Assembly (NCBI GenBank): GCA_963844445.1
Contig: CAWJOB010000001.1
Span: forward strand, 731,746-795,745
Origin: an uncultured Gemmatimonadales bacterium
GTDB lineage: Bacteria > Gemmatimonadota > Gemmatimonadetes > Gemmatimonadales > GWC2-71-9
Direction: 5' to 3'
Length of the DNA: 64,000 nucleotides
Part shown: piece after piece, positions 46,789 through 56,823 of the stretch
Numbering within the stretch: position 1 is the first letter of the stretch
How the letters are laid out: the number at the start of each line of letters is the position of its first letter
The notes under the pieces: model-generated
What the model saw: the letters and a program-made list of their open reading frames with translations, nothing else
Told to the model about the DNA's origin: nothing
The model's database searches: none
Position numbers and translations under genes: made by a program

Positions 46789-48246
46789 ATGACCGCGCCC
46801 GAAGAGAGCCTCGACCCCGCGGACTGGAGCGAGCTCCGCGCGCTCGGTCACCGCATGGTGGACGACATGATGGACTATCTCGAGCAGGTGCGGGAGCGGC
46901 CGGTGTGGCGCCCGGTGCCGGCCGAGATCCGCGCCGCGCTGGACCAACCGACGCCGCGCGGACCTACCGATCCGGCGGCGGTGTACCAGGAGTTCCGCGA
47001 GCACATCCTTCCCTATCCCACCGGCAACATCCATCCGCGCTTCTGGGGATGGGTGATGGGCACCGGGACGCCGCTCGCGATGCTCGCCGACATGCTCGCT
47101 TCGGGAATGAACGCCCACCTCGCGGGCTACGATCAGTCGCCGGCGCTGGTGGAGCGTCAGGTGATTCGCTGGATGGCCGAGCTGCTCGGGTTTCCACCCG
47201 GCGCGAGCGGGCTGCTGGTGAGCGGCGGCACCGTGGCGAACCTGGTTGGCCTCGCGGTTGCCCGCAACGATCGCGCCGGGTTCGACGTGCGCGCCGAAGG
47301 CCTCCAGCGGCCGGGCACACCGCGCCTCCTGTTCTACGGCTCGAGCGAAACTCACAGCTGGGCGAAGAAGTCGAGCGAGCTGCTGGGAATGGGCGACCGC
47401 GCCTTCCGGCGGATCCCGGTGAGCCCCGCCTACGAGGTGGACGTCGCTGCCCTCCGCGCCGCGATCGCGGAGGACCGGGCGGCGGGGCACCGGCCGTTCT
47501 GTGTGATCGGCAACGCCGGGACGGTCAACACCGGCGCAACGGACGATCTTCCGGCGCTCGCGGCGATCTGCCGCGAGGAGAAGCTCTGGTTCCACGTGGA
47601 CGGTGCCTTCGGTGCGTTCGCCGCTCTCGCGCCGTCGCTTCGCTCCATCGTGGCCGGATTGGAGGAGGCCGATTCGGTGGCCGTAGACCTCCACAAGTGG
47701 GGCTATCTGCCCTTCGAGGTAGGGCTCGCCTTGGTGCGCCACCCCGAGGCGCACCGCGCCACCTTCGCCACCGCGTCCAGCTACCTCGACGCCACCCCGC
47801 GGGGGATCGTCGCGGGCGGACTGCCGTTCGCCGAGCTCGGCGTCCAGCTCTCACGAGGGTTTCGGGCCCTCAAGGTGTGGATGTCACTCAAGTCGCACGG
47901 GGCGGATGCTTGGGCCCGCCTGGTCGAGCAGAACGTGGCCCAGGCGCGCTACCTGCGCGACCGGATCGCCGCCGAACCCCGGCTGGAGCTGTTGGCGCCG
48001 GTGCCGCTCAACGTCGTCTGTTTCCGCTTCACCGCGCCGGGGCTGGACCGCGCCGCGCTCGACTCGGTCAACCAGGAGATCCTGATCCGGGTGCAGGAGC
48101 GCGGCATCGCGGTGCCGTCGAGCACTGTGCTCGGTGGGCGTTTCGCGCTTCGGGTGGCGATCACCAACCACCGGAGCCGGCGGGAGGACTTCGATCTGTT
48201 CGTCGACGCGGTGCTCGAGGCGGGGGCGGAGCTGACGCAGGACTGA
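46789..48246 (+). CDS. group II PLP-dependent amino acid decarboxylase
   Basis: In ORF 46693..48246, from ATG 46789: HPRFWGWVMGTGTP..SGGTVANLVGL..HVDGAFG..DLHKWGYLP (the PLP lysine). Confidence 0.85.
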   Translation: MTAPEESLDPADWSELRALGHRMVDDMMDYLEQVRERPVWRPVPAEIRAALDQPTPRGPTDPAAVYQEFREHILPYPTGNIHPRFWGWVMGTGTPLAMLADMLASGMNAHLAGYDQSPALVERQVIRWMAELLGFPPGASGLLVSGGTVANLVGLAVARNDRAGFDVRAEGLQRPGTPRLLFYGSSETHSWAKKSSELLGMGDRAFRRIPVSPAYEVDVAALRAAIAEDRAAGHRPFCVIGNAGTVNTGATDDLPALAAICREEKLWFHVDGAFGAFAALAPSLRSIVAGLEEADSVAVDLHKWGYLPFEVGLALVRHPEAHRATFATASSYLDATPRGIVAGGLPFAELGVQLSRGFRALKVWMSLKSHGADAWARLVEQNVAQARYLRDRIAAEPRLELLAPVPLNVVCFRFTAPGLDRAALDSVNQEILIRVQERGIAVPSSTVLGGRFALRVAITNHRSRREDFDLFVDAVLEAGAELTQD

Positions 48247-48256
48247 GGGTTCGCCG

Positions 48257-48676
48257 CTACTCCCCGGCGAGCGCCGAAGGCTGGATATGCCGGATCGCAC
48301 GGCGGGCGGCGGCTGCGATCTCGTCGTTCAACTCCTCCTCCATCATCTGCTTGAGCCGGGGAACGGCGGCTTCAGCGCCGGGACCGATTTCGCCCAGGGC
48401 CACGGTGACGGGAAACCGCACTACCGCCACCGGATCGTCGAGCGCCTCGATCAGCGCCGGAACCGCGGGAGCGCCGGCGGGGCCCATGCTGGCGATCTCA
48501 TATGCGGCCGCGTTTCGAATGACCGGTGCGGCGGCCTTGAGATCGGCGATCCACTCGCTCAGCGGCCGCCCGCGTGACTGGGGTTCCTTGGCAGCGGGCG
48601 TGGCGGTCTGCGCCGAGGCGCTTCCCGCCGTCACCACGAGCGCCAGTGCGAGGGCGCCGAGGACACGATTGAGCAT
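48257..48676 (-). CDS. secreted HEAT-repeat protein
   Basis: In ORF 48257..48955, from ATG 48676. Signal MLNRVLGALALALVVTAGSASA. Repeats: AVPALIEALDDPVAVVR and AVPRLKQMMEEE. Confidence 0.65.
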   Translation of the reverse strand: MLNRVLGALALALVVTAGSASAQTATPAAKEPQSRGRPLSEWIADLKAAAPVIRNAAAYEIASMGPAGAPAVPALIEALDDPVAVVRFPVTVALGEIGPGAEAAVPRLKQMMEEELNDEIAAAARRAIRHIQPSALAGE

Positions 48677-48766
48677 GTTTGCCTCCAGGTATTGTCGCCG
48701 AGCGTAGTGCCGTCCATTCTGAATATAGACCCCTCGTTCCCGGGGGTCGTTATTGTTCTCCGCACC

Positions 48767-50167
48767 ATGATACGCCTTCGCTCTACCGCACTCGCCGCCG
48801 CCATGACTCTCGCGCTCTCCTCGGCCCCCGCTCTCGCTCAGGGCAGCGGCATCCCGGCGGCCTATCGTGCGGCCGCTGACAGCCTGATCGGTGCCGCCGT
48901 TCGGGACAGCGCTGCCTACGAGCGCCTGGGCCGGTTGGTGGACGGGTTCGGCCACCGGCTCGCGGGCTCACCGAGTCTCGAGTCGGCGATCGACTGGATT
49001 CTCGCCCAGATGAAGAAGGATGGTCTCCAGAACGTGCGCGGCGAGCCGGTGACCGTGACCCGCTGGGTGCGAGGCGAGGAATCCGCCATTCTGGTCCGCC
49101 CTCGCCGCGACACGCTCGCCATGCTCGGGCTGGGCGGAAGCGTGGCGACGCCGAAGGCGGGGATCACCGCGCCGGTGCTGGTCGTCACCAGCTTCCAGGA
49201 GTTGGAGCGGCGGAAGGCAGACGCCAGAGGGAAGATCGTCCTGTTCGACGTGCCGTTCACGAGGTACGAGGAGACCCGCCGCTATCGCACCGACGGCCCG
49301 TCCGCCGCGGCGCGAGCCGGCGCCGTGGCCTGTCTGATCCGCTCGGTGGCGTCGACCTCCATCCGGAGCCCGCACACCGGCCGGACCTCCTACGACAGCA
49401 CCGCCCCCCGCATTCCGGCCGCCGCGCTCAGCGTGGAGGACGCCATGATGCTCCACCGGATGCAGGAGCGCGGCGAGCCGGTCGTGCTGACGCTCCAGAT
49501 GGGCGCCCGGCAGCTTCCGCCCGCCCGGTCGCGCAACGTGGTGGCCGAGCTGGTCGGGAGGGAGAAGCCGGACGAGGTGGTGGTGCTCGGCGGGCACATC
49601 GACTCGTGGGACGTGGGGCAGGGGGCGATGGACGACGCCGGCGGGTCGGTGGCGGCGTGGGAGGCCGTGCGCCTCATGCACCAGCTCGGGCTCCGTCCCC
49701 GCCGGACTGTGCGAGTGGTGCTGTGGACCAACGAGGAGAACGGGGTGGAGGGAGGGAAGGCCTATCGCGACCGGCACCTGGGCAAGCTCGATCGACACGT
49801 CATGGCCATGGAGTCGGACGGCGGCGTCTTCCAGCCCAAGGGTTTCGCATTCGCCGGCTCGGACTCGGCCGCCGCGCTGGTGCGCCAGGCGGCCTCGCTG
49901 CTGGGGCCGATCGAGGCCACGGCCGTCGACCACGTGAGCCAGAGTCCCGAGGCCGACATCGGGCCGCTGGTGGAGGAGGACGTGCCGGGCATCGGCCTGG
50001 TGGTGGACGGCACTCGCTACTTCTGGTACCACCACGCTGACGGCGACACCCTCGACAAGCTCGACCCCGCCGAGGTGGCCCGGTGCGTCGCGGCGATGGC
50101 GGTGATGGCCTACGTAATCGCGGATTTGCCGGAGAGGTTGCCGAGGGCAGAACAGCGTGGACAGTAA
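48767..50167 (+). CDS. M28-family metallopeptidase (carboxypeptidase Q-like)
   Basis: In ORF 48692..50167, from ATG 48767. Signal sequence, then VVVLGGHIDSWDVGQGAMDDAGG, WTNEENGVEG and WYHHADGDT. Confidence 0.85.
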   Translation: MIRLRSTALAAAMTLALSSAPALAQGSGIPAAYRAAADSLIGAAVRDSAAYERLGRLVDGFGHRLAGSPSLESAIDWILAQMKKDGLQNVRGEPVTVTRWVRGEESAILVRPRRDTLAMLGLGGSVATPKAGITAPVLVVTSFQELERRKADARGKIVLFDVPFTRYEETRRYRTDGPSAAARAGAVACLIRSVASTSIRSPHTGRTSYDSTAPRIPAAALSVEDAMMLHRMQERGEPVVLTLQMGARQLPPARSRNVVAELVGREKPDEVVVLGGHIDSWDVGQGAMDDAGGSVAAWEAVRLMHQLGLRPRRTVRVVLWTNEENGVEGGKAYRDRHLGKLDRHVMAMESDGGVFQPKGFAFAGSDSAAALVRQAASLLGPIEATAVDHVSQSPEADIGPLVEEDVPGIGLVVDGTRYFWYHHADGDTLDKLDPAEVARCVAAMAVMAYVIADLPERLPRAEQRGQ

Positions 50168-50245
50168 ACAGTAAAAGGTGAACGGGTTACTTCCTCACCC
50201 CGTGACCCATTAACCCCCTTTCACTGTTCACCTTTCACTGTTCCC
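50163..50245. repeat. A/T-rich repeat element: ACAGTAAA x2 ... tandem CCTTTCACTGTTC x2; shares GGTGAACAGTGAAA with the 34.6 kb element
   Basis: The reverse complement of 50216-50232 is ggtgaacagtgaaaggg, and 34657-34674 is ggtgaacagtgaaaaggg. The element starts at the M28 stop codon. Confidence 0.8.
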
Positions 50246-50325
50246 GCTGCTCCTTTCTACCCTGCTTCTCGAAACCACCACCCTCCGCGTCGCGTAGGCC
50301 CAAGTACCCCGACTCGCGAGCCCCG

Positions 50326-52677
50326 ATGCTGCGCCACCTGGCGTTCGCCCTGCCCGTTCTGATCGATCCCCGATTGGTCTACCACGGTCGGTCGGGGAAC
50401 CTGGACGTGAGGCCGCCCAGGCTCGAAGCGGAGATCGAGGTGGACGGCAAGCTCACCGAGGACGCCTGGGCCAGCGCGGCGGTGCTCACCGGATTCTCCC
50501 AGTTCTCGCCGGTGGACGGGGTGCCGGCCGCCGATTCGACCGAGGTCCTGGTCTGGTACTCCCCCTCCGCCATCCACTTCGGCATCCGGGCCTACGAAGC
50601 GCACGGCGCGGTCCACGCCACCCTGGCCGACCGCGACCGGATCGGCGCCGACGATCACGTGCAGATCCTGCTCAGCACCTTCAACGACGGGCGCCAGGCG
50701 ACCGTCCTCGCGGTGAACCCGCTCGGCGTCCAGTCGGACGGGGCGCTGGTGGAGACCGGATCGACTTCAGGAAACGGATTCAGCAGCGCGGTGGTCCGGC
50801 GGGAGGTCGCGGACCTGAGCCCCGACTACATCTACCACTCGAAGGGCCGGGTCACCGAATACGGCTACGAGGTCGAGGTCCGGATCCCGTTCAAGAGCCT
50901 GCGCTATCAGTCGCAAGCCGGAGCAGAGCTGGGGGATCAACCTCACCCGCCAGGTCCAGCACTCCGGGTACGAGGACTCCTGGGTGCCGGCGCGCCGGGC
51001 GAGCGCCTCGTTCCTGGCCCAGTCAGGGCGGCTGGTCGGGCTCACCGATCTGCGGCGTGGCCTGGTGGTCGATCTCAATCCCTCCGTCACGTCGAGGACC
51101 ACGGGACGGCGGAACGGGTCGGGATGGGACTACAGCGGCGGGCGCCCCGAGGTCGGCGGCACCGCGCGGTGGGGAATCAGCAACAACCTGAGTCTCACCG
51201 GCACGGCCAATCCCGATTTCAGTCAGGTGGAGTCGGATGCCGGCCAGCTGCTCTTCGATCCGAGGGATGAGCGGTTCCTCCAGGAGAAGCGCCCCTTCTT
51301 CCTGGATGGCATCGAGCAGTTCAACGTGCCCAGCGGCCTGGTGTACAGCCGGCGGGTGGTGCAGCCGGTGGCGGCCGTCAAGCTGACAGGGAAGGGACTG
51401 GGGGCCGACGTCGCCCTCCTGTCCGCGGTAGACGACCGCTCGCTCTCCGTGGGCCGCGACCACCCGATCTACAACATCCTCCGGCTCCAAAGGGACATCG
51501 GGGCCAACTCGCGGGTCGGGATGGTCTACACCGACCGTATCGAGGGCGGCGATTACAACCGGGTCCTCGGCGCCGACGCACGGCTGGTCTTCGGCGAGAT
51601 CTACACAGTCCAGCTCCAGGCGGCCGGCAGCCGCACCCGGGTCGGCGACCAGACCACCACCGCCCCGCTCTGGGAGGCGCGGTTCCACCGGAACGGCCGC
51701 ACGTTCGGATTCCGCACCAGCATCCGCGCCAGCGACGAGGAGTTCCGTGCTCGCAGCGGCTTCTTCCCTCGCCCGGGCCTGGTCCACGTGCAGTTCCAGC
51801 CCCGGGCCACGATCTACGGCAAGACCGGATCGGTGATGGAGAGCCTCACGTTCGACGTGAATCTGAACGGGCGGTGGCGCTACGACGAGTTCGTGGGCGA
51901 GGGCGGGATTCTCGACGAGCAGCTCCACTTCAACGTCAACACCACGCTGCGAGGCGGCTGGAACCTCACGGGGTCGTTGCTGCTCGAGACTTTCGGATAC
52001 CCGTTCGAAATCTACGGCGGATACCGGGTGGAGCTGCCTCGATTCGGCGGCGACCCCGACACGGTCGCGTTCGTCGGCCGGCCCCGGATTCCCAACCGCG
52101 ACTACGTCCTGTCGTTCGAGACGCCCGAGTTCAAGCACTTCTCGGGAAACGCGTTCATCCTGTGGGGGAACGACGAGAACTTCTTCGAGTGGTCGCCCGG
52201 GCGGATCATCATCTCGAACGCCGGGGTGACCTGGCGGCCGACCGGCAAGCTGCGTCTCGACGGCACCTACGCTCTCCAGCAGGTCCGGCGGGTGAGCGAC
52301 GGCAGCCTGGTCAACGTGGCCCACCTTCCGCGGCTCAAGATGGAGTATCAGGTGTCCCGGCCGATCTTCCTCCGCCTGGTCGGCGAGTATGGCCACGAGA
52401 AGCAGGACTCGCTCCGGGACGACACCCGCACGGAGGCCCCGATCCTGGTGTTCGATGCGGAGGCCGGCGACTTCGTCCGGACCCGCGCGTTCACCCGCAG
52501 CTCCTTCCGCGGTGACATCCTCTTCTCCTACCAGCCCAATCCCGGAACGGTGGTTTTTCTCGGTTACGGCAGCACGCTGTTGAACCCCTTGGATCCGGCG
52601 CATTCCTCGCGCGGGCGGGCTTGCGGCGGGTGGAGGACGGGTTCTTCCTCAAGATGAGCTACCTGTTTCACATGTAG
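50326..52677 (+). pseudogene. DUF5916 / CBM9-like outer-membrane-type protein, two frame breaks
   Basis: 50326..51270: IEVDGKLTEDAWASAAVLTGFSQFSPVDG..RIPFKSLRYQS. 50984..52657 frame: WGINLTRQVQHSGYEDSWVP..NPDFSQVESD..GYGSTLL. Own translation of the last frame gives RRVEDGFFLKMSYLFHM*, with TAG at 52675-52677. Junctions near 50920 and 52610. Confidence 0.7.
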
Positions 52678-52928
52678 CCGTTGGTCCCCTCTTCGATCGC
52701 TTGTAGCCGGGCCGCAACAACGACCCTCAGTCAGGGCCGGATGCGCAAGCGTCTGCACCTCCTTCGCATCACGTTCAACCACAGCCGCGACGCGGGCTTG
52801 TCGTAGGATTGCATACCCTCCGCGCGGATGCCTCGACTCGCCTTCCATTGGCTTGCCTCTTGCCCCTGTCGTCCTAGCCAGCCCCGACAACAACCGATCA
52901 CCTTCTCGAACGGATGCCCGCGAGCTCG

Positions 52929-54146
52929 ATGCGCGTTCTCATCCTGAACTACGAGTATCCTCCGCTCGGCGGCGGCGCCGGAGTTGCCACCCAGGCGCTG
53001 GCCTCCGGGCTGGCGTCACGCGGGGTGACGGTGGACGTGATCACCGCCGGCGAGCGGGACGAGCACCGGTCCGAGGTCCTCTGGGACGGCCGCGCAACCG
53101 AAGAGGGACTGCTCACCGTGTACCGGGTGAAGAGCCGCCGCACCGGGGTACACCAGGCCGGCATCCGCGGGGCGTTCAGCTACCTCCGCGGCGCGCTCCC
53201 GCTGGTGCGCGCGCGGCTGCGCGCCGAGCACTACGACATCGTGCATCTGTTCTTCTCCCTGCCCACCGGCGCGCTGCTCCCCTTCCTGCCCCTCCGGGAC
53301 ACGCCCGTCATCGTGTCGCTTCGCGGGTCCGACGTGCCGGGCTACGATCCTTGCCAGCTCACCCTGCGCCGCGCGCACAAGGCGCTGCGCCCTCTCACCC
53401 GCTGGATCTGGCGGCGAGCCAGCCGGGTGGTGGCGGTCTGCGAGAGCCTCGGACGGCTGGCGCTCCGCACCGATCCCGGTCTCCGGTACTCGGTCATCCC
53501 CAACGGCGTGGACCTGGCCCGTTTCCGTCCCTCCTCCCGCCGCCGCCCCCGCAACCCGAAAAAGGTGCGGTGCCTCGCGGTCGCGCGGCTGGTGGAGCGC
53601 AAGGGAATCGGCGACCTGATCCAGGCGATCGCCTCGCTCGAGCGCGGCCGCTACGAGCTGGAGATCGTGGGATCGGGCCCCGACGAGCAGCGGCTCAAGG
53701 ATCTGGCGGAGCTCCTGGGTGTGAGCCGCGAGGTGATCTTCGCCGGCTCGGTGGATCGCGCGGTGATTCCGGGGCGCTACCGTGACGCGGACATCTTTAC
53801 GCTCGCGCCTTGGGACGACGCGTTCGGCCATGTCTTCGCGGAGGCGCTCGCGTCGGGGCTGCCGATCGTGGGCAGCACCGTCGGCGGGATCCCCGAAGTC
53901 GTGGAGCACGGCAAGAACGGTTTCCTGGTCCCGCCGCGGGAGCCGAAGGCCCTCGCCGCCGCTATCCGTCATCTGGCCGACCACCCCGCGGTTCGCGCCG
54001 ACATCGGGCGGTGGAACCGAATCCAGGCGGAGGCAAACCTCTCCTGGGCTCGGGTCACCACCAGGTACCTGTCGCTCTACACCGGTGTGCTCCGCCGCGC
54101 GCCCGCGCGCCCGCGGCTCGCCGAGCTGCCCTCGAGCACCTGGTGA
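52929..54146 (+). CDS. GT4-family glycosyltransferase
   Basis: In ORF 52914..54146: MRVLILNYEYPPLGGGAGVATQALASGL..FGHVFAEALASGLPIVGSTVGGIPEVV (E-x7-E region). Confidence 0.85.
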   Translation: MRVLILNYEYPPLGGGAGVATQALASGLASRGVTVDVITAGERDEHRSEVLWDGRATEEGLLTVYRVKSRRTGVHQAGIRGAFSYLRGALPLVRARLRAEHYDIVHLFFSLPTGALLPFLPLRDTPVIVSLRGSDVPGYDPCQLTLRRAHKALRPLTRWIWRRASRVVAVCESLGRLALRTDPGLRYSVIPNGVDLARFRPSSRRRPRNPKKVRCLAVARLVERKGIGDLIQAIASLERGRYELEIVGSGPDEQRLKDLAELLGVSREVIFAGSVDRAVIPGRYRDADIFTLAPWDDAFGHVFAEALASGLPIVGSTVGGIPEVVEHGKNGFLVPPREPKALAAAIRHLADHPAVRADIGRWNRIQAEANLSWARVTTRYLSLYTGVLRRAPARPRLAELPSSTW

Positions 54147-55516
54147 GCGGCGGCCGTCCGGAGATCGGGCCCGCGCTTTCGGCCGCCTGGAGGCACACCC
54201 GGGTGGCCAGGGCGGAGCTTCGCCTCTGGCAGGACGCCCGGCTCCGGCGCCTGGTGCTGCATGCGTACGAGTCGGTGCCGTTGTACCGCCGGCTCTTCGA
54301 TCTCCACCGCCTGCATCCACGCCACATCCGTGGCATCGTCGACCTCGACCTGATCCCGTTCACCGACAAAGCGGAGATGCGCCGGCAGGGGCCCGCGGCG
54401 CTGCTCGCGCGGGGCCACGATCCGGAGGCGCTGCTCTCGGTGCGCACCAGCGGCGTGTCGGGCGAGCCCTTCACCATCCGCCGCACCTGGCTGGAGGACA
54501 AGCTCCAGGATCTCCTTCGGCTCCGTGCGTTCCACGCCTTTGGTGTCGGACCCCGCGATCGCATCGTGGTGGTGGGCGCCGCCGGCCAGCCAACGGCGGC
54601 AGACCAGAAGCTGATCGACCGCTCGCTCCGGGCGTTCGGATTTCACCAGAGGCAGCTGATCGACGGGCTCCAGGAGCCGGCCCAGGTGGCGGCCCAGCTC
54701 CGGGAGGCACGGCCGGAGGTGCTGGTCGGGCTGCCCGGCATGCTCGATCGCCTGGCGGCGCCCGGGCTGGCCGACCTCGTGCGGTCGGTGCGGCCACGGG
54801 TGGTCATCGTCGGCGGCGAGGTCGCCACGCCGGCGATGCGGCTCCGCATCCGCGAGACCTTCGCCGCGCCGCTCTACGAGACCTACGCCAGCCACGAGTG
54901 TCCCCTCATAGCCTGGGAGTGCCACCATTCGGGTGACCTGCACACCTGTGACGACGGCGTGCTGGTCGAGGTGTTGCGCGACGGCCGTGGAGCGGAGCCG
55001 GGCGAACGGGGCGAGGTGGTGGTGACCAATCTCCACGCCTACGCGATGCCGTTCATCCGCTATCGCATCGGCGACCTCGCCTCGCGAGGCGCACCGTGCG
55101 GCTGCGGCGCCGCCTTCTCCACGATTGGGGAAATCACGGGGCGGACGACCGATCACTTCCCGCTCGCCGACGGCCGTCTGCTGGACCCCCGCGAGATCGT
55201 CGGTCGCCTGGCGTGGGGGCCCCGCGAATGGATCAAGCAATGCCTGCTGGTGCAGGAGCGCCGCGACCGGGTGGTGCTCTACGTGGCGGCCGACGAGCCG
55301 CCGCCCGCGGAGCGGGTTCAGGAGATCGAGCGCGTCGCGCGCCCCATTCTCGGACCCGGCGTGGAGTTCGAGGTGCTGTCGGCCGGGCGCATCCCCATCG
55401 AGCCCAGCGGGAAGCTCCGTCTGTCCCTCTCCCTGGTTCACTCCGAGCGCGATCAGGTCGGGATCGAGCCGGTTCAGCCCGCGGACCAAGTCCGCCGGCG
55501 GATGCTCGGCGCCTGA
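54143..55516 (+). CDS. phenylacetate-CoA-ligase / CapK / F390-synthetase-like adenylate-forming enzyme
   Basis: GTG 54143 overlaps the GT4 stop (GTGA), in the frame of ORF 53810..55516: VRTSGVSGEPFTI (P-loop-like), YETYASHEC, GEVVVTNL, FIRYRIGDL, GRTTD, SGKLRLS. Confidence 0.75.
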   Translation: MSGGRPEIGPALSAAWRHTRVARAELRLWQDARLRRLVLHAYESVPLYRRLFDLHRLHPRHIRGIVDLDLIPFTDKAEMRRQGPAALLARGHDPEALLSVRTSGVSGEPFTIRRTWLEDKLQDLLRLRAFHAFGVGPRDRIVVVGAAGQPTAADQKLIDRSLRAFGFHQRQLIDGLQEPAQVAAQLREARPEVLVGLPGMLDRLAAPGLADLVRSVRPRVVIVGGEVATPAMRLRIRETFAAPLYETYASHECPLIAWECHHSGDLHTCDDGVLVEVLRDGRGAEPGERGEVVVTNLHAYAMPFIRYRIGDLASRGAPCGCGAAFSTIGEITGRTTDHFPLADGRLLDPREIVGRLAWGPREWIKQCLLVQERRDRVVLYVAADEPPPAERVQEIERVARPILGPGVEFEVLSAGRIPIEPSGKLRLSLSLVHSERDQVGIEPVQPADQVRRRMLGA

Positions 55517-55545
55517 GTCGCTTCTACCTCCACTGCGTTGGCTCC

Positions 55546-56823
55546 GTGGGCTCGCTGCATCGACTGGGCGAAGCGATCCCGGGCCTCGACCGGTATCCGG
55601 AGCGCGCGCTGCTCCTCGCCGGCGAGGGCGATGCCGTATGCGTCCCCACGCCGGTGGACCCCGCCTACCTCGGCTTCCTCGCCGGACTGGGGCTGGGTCC
55701 GCGGCCGGAGCACGTCATCGTCGCCGGCGGGAACGGTCGGGGCACGGGGCGCTCTCTCGCCGAGCGGCTGCTCTGCGAGCCGGCGGTCCTGAGCCGGGCG
55801 GCCCGCGCGCTGGGCGCCGACGAGGTGACCATCGACCCCTACGCGGCCACGACCGAGGTGATGGCCCTGGCGGAGGTCATGGAGCGCGAGAGCGGTATCC
55901 CGGTGAGGATGGACGGCTCGCCCAGGATCACGAAGTACGCCGACCAGAAGCATCACATGCGGGTCAAGGCGCAGGAGCTGGGCATCCCGGTCGCCGAGGG
56001 TGAAGTGGCGGAGCTGTCCTATCCCGGCGGCCGCCGCCGCCGCGACATGGAGCCGGTGCGGGCCGCGATCGAACGGCAGCTCCGGAAGTCCGCCAGGGTG
56101 ATCGTCCGGGGCGCCACCGGTGCGTCGGGCTCCTCCACCTTCGTGGTCGGCCGCGGCGGCGAGGACACTGACGGAGTGCTGCGGCGGCTCGCGATGCGGT
56201 GCGACAACCGGGTCTACCTGGTCGAAGGGATGGTCGAGGCGGTGGTGTCGCCCAGCGTGCAGATCCACATTCCCCCGGCAGGCGCGCCGCTGGTTTGCAC
56301 CGGGATCACCGATCAGCGATGGGCGCGCGGCCTCACCTACGAGGGCAACCAGCTTCCATCGTCCGCGCGCACCGTGGACGCGATGGAGGCGTGGGCTCGG
56401 ATCCTGGCCAACTGGATGCGGAGCCAGGGTTATACCGGGCTGGCCGGGTTCGACTTTGTCGAGTACCGCGATCCGGTGACGAGCGGCCTCCGCGCCATCC
56501 TGGCGGAGGTAAATCCCCGGGTGAACGGGTCCACCTATCCACTCGCCGTGCGCGCCCGACTCAACGCGGCGGCCGGCCGGGCGGGCCGGCCCCAGGCGCG
56601 GGCATTCGTCTCGGGGACGGTGGGGACCCGCGCGGCGAGCTTCGTCCGGGTCAAGGCCGCCATCGGGCATCTCCTGTTCGATCCGGACCGCGGCACGGGG
56701 GTGGTACCCTACGCCACCGGCTGCCTGGAGCACGGACAATGCTCGCTCGTGGCGCTGGCGGGCTCGCGGCTGCGCGCCGCGGAGTTGTACGGGGCGGCCC
56801 GGGCCCGGCTGGAGGCGGCGTGA
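55546..56823 (+). CDS. ATP-grasp domain protein (PGM1-like peptide ligase?); start uncertain (GTG 55546, or CTG 55513 overlapping the upstream stop)
   Basis: Frame of ORF 55096..56823: VIVRGATGASGSSTFVV, VYLVEGMVEAVVSPSVQI, GLAGFDFVEY..ILAEVNPRVNGSTYP (the E-x-N-x-R metal/ATP site pattern). Confidence 0.65.
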   Translation: MGSLHRLGEAIPGLDRYPERALLLAGEGDAVCVPTPVDPAYLGFLAGLGLGPRPEHVIVAGGNGRGTGRSLAERLLCEPAVLSRAARALGADEVTIDPYAATTEVMALAEVMERESGIPVRMDGSPRITKYADQKHHMRVKAQELGIPVAEGEVAELSYPGGRRRRDMEPVRAAIERQLRKSARVIVRGATGASGSSTFVVGRGGEDTDGVLRRLAMRCDNRVYLVEGMVEAVVSPSVQIHIPPAGAPLVCTGITDQRWARGLTYEGNQLPSSARTVDAMEAWARILANWMRSQGYTGLAGFDFVEYRDPVTSGLRAILAEVNPRVNGSTYPLAVRARLNAAAGRAGRPQARAFVSGTVGTRAASFVRVKAAIGHLLFDPDRGTGVVPYATGCLEHGQCSLVALAGSRLRAAELYGAARARLEAA

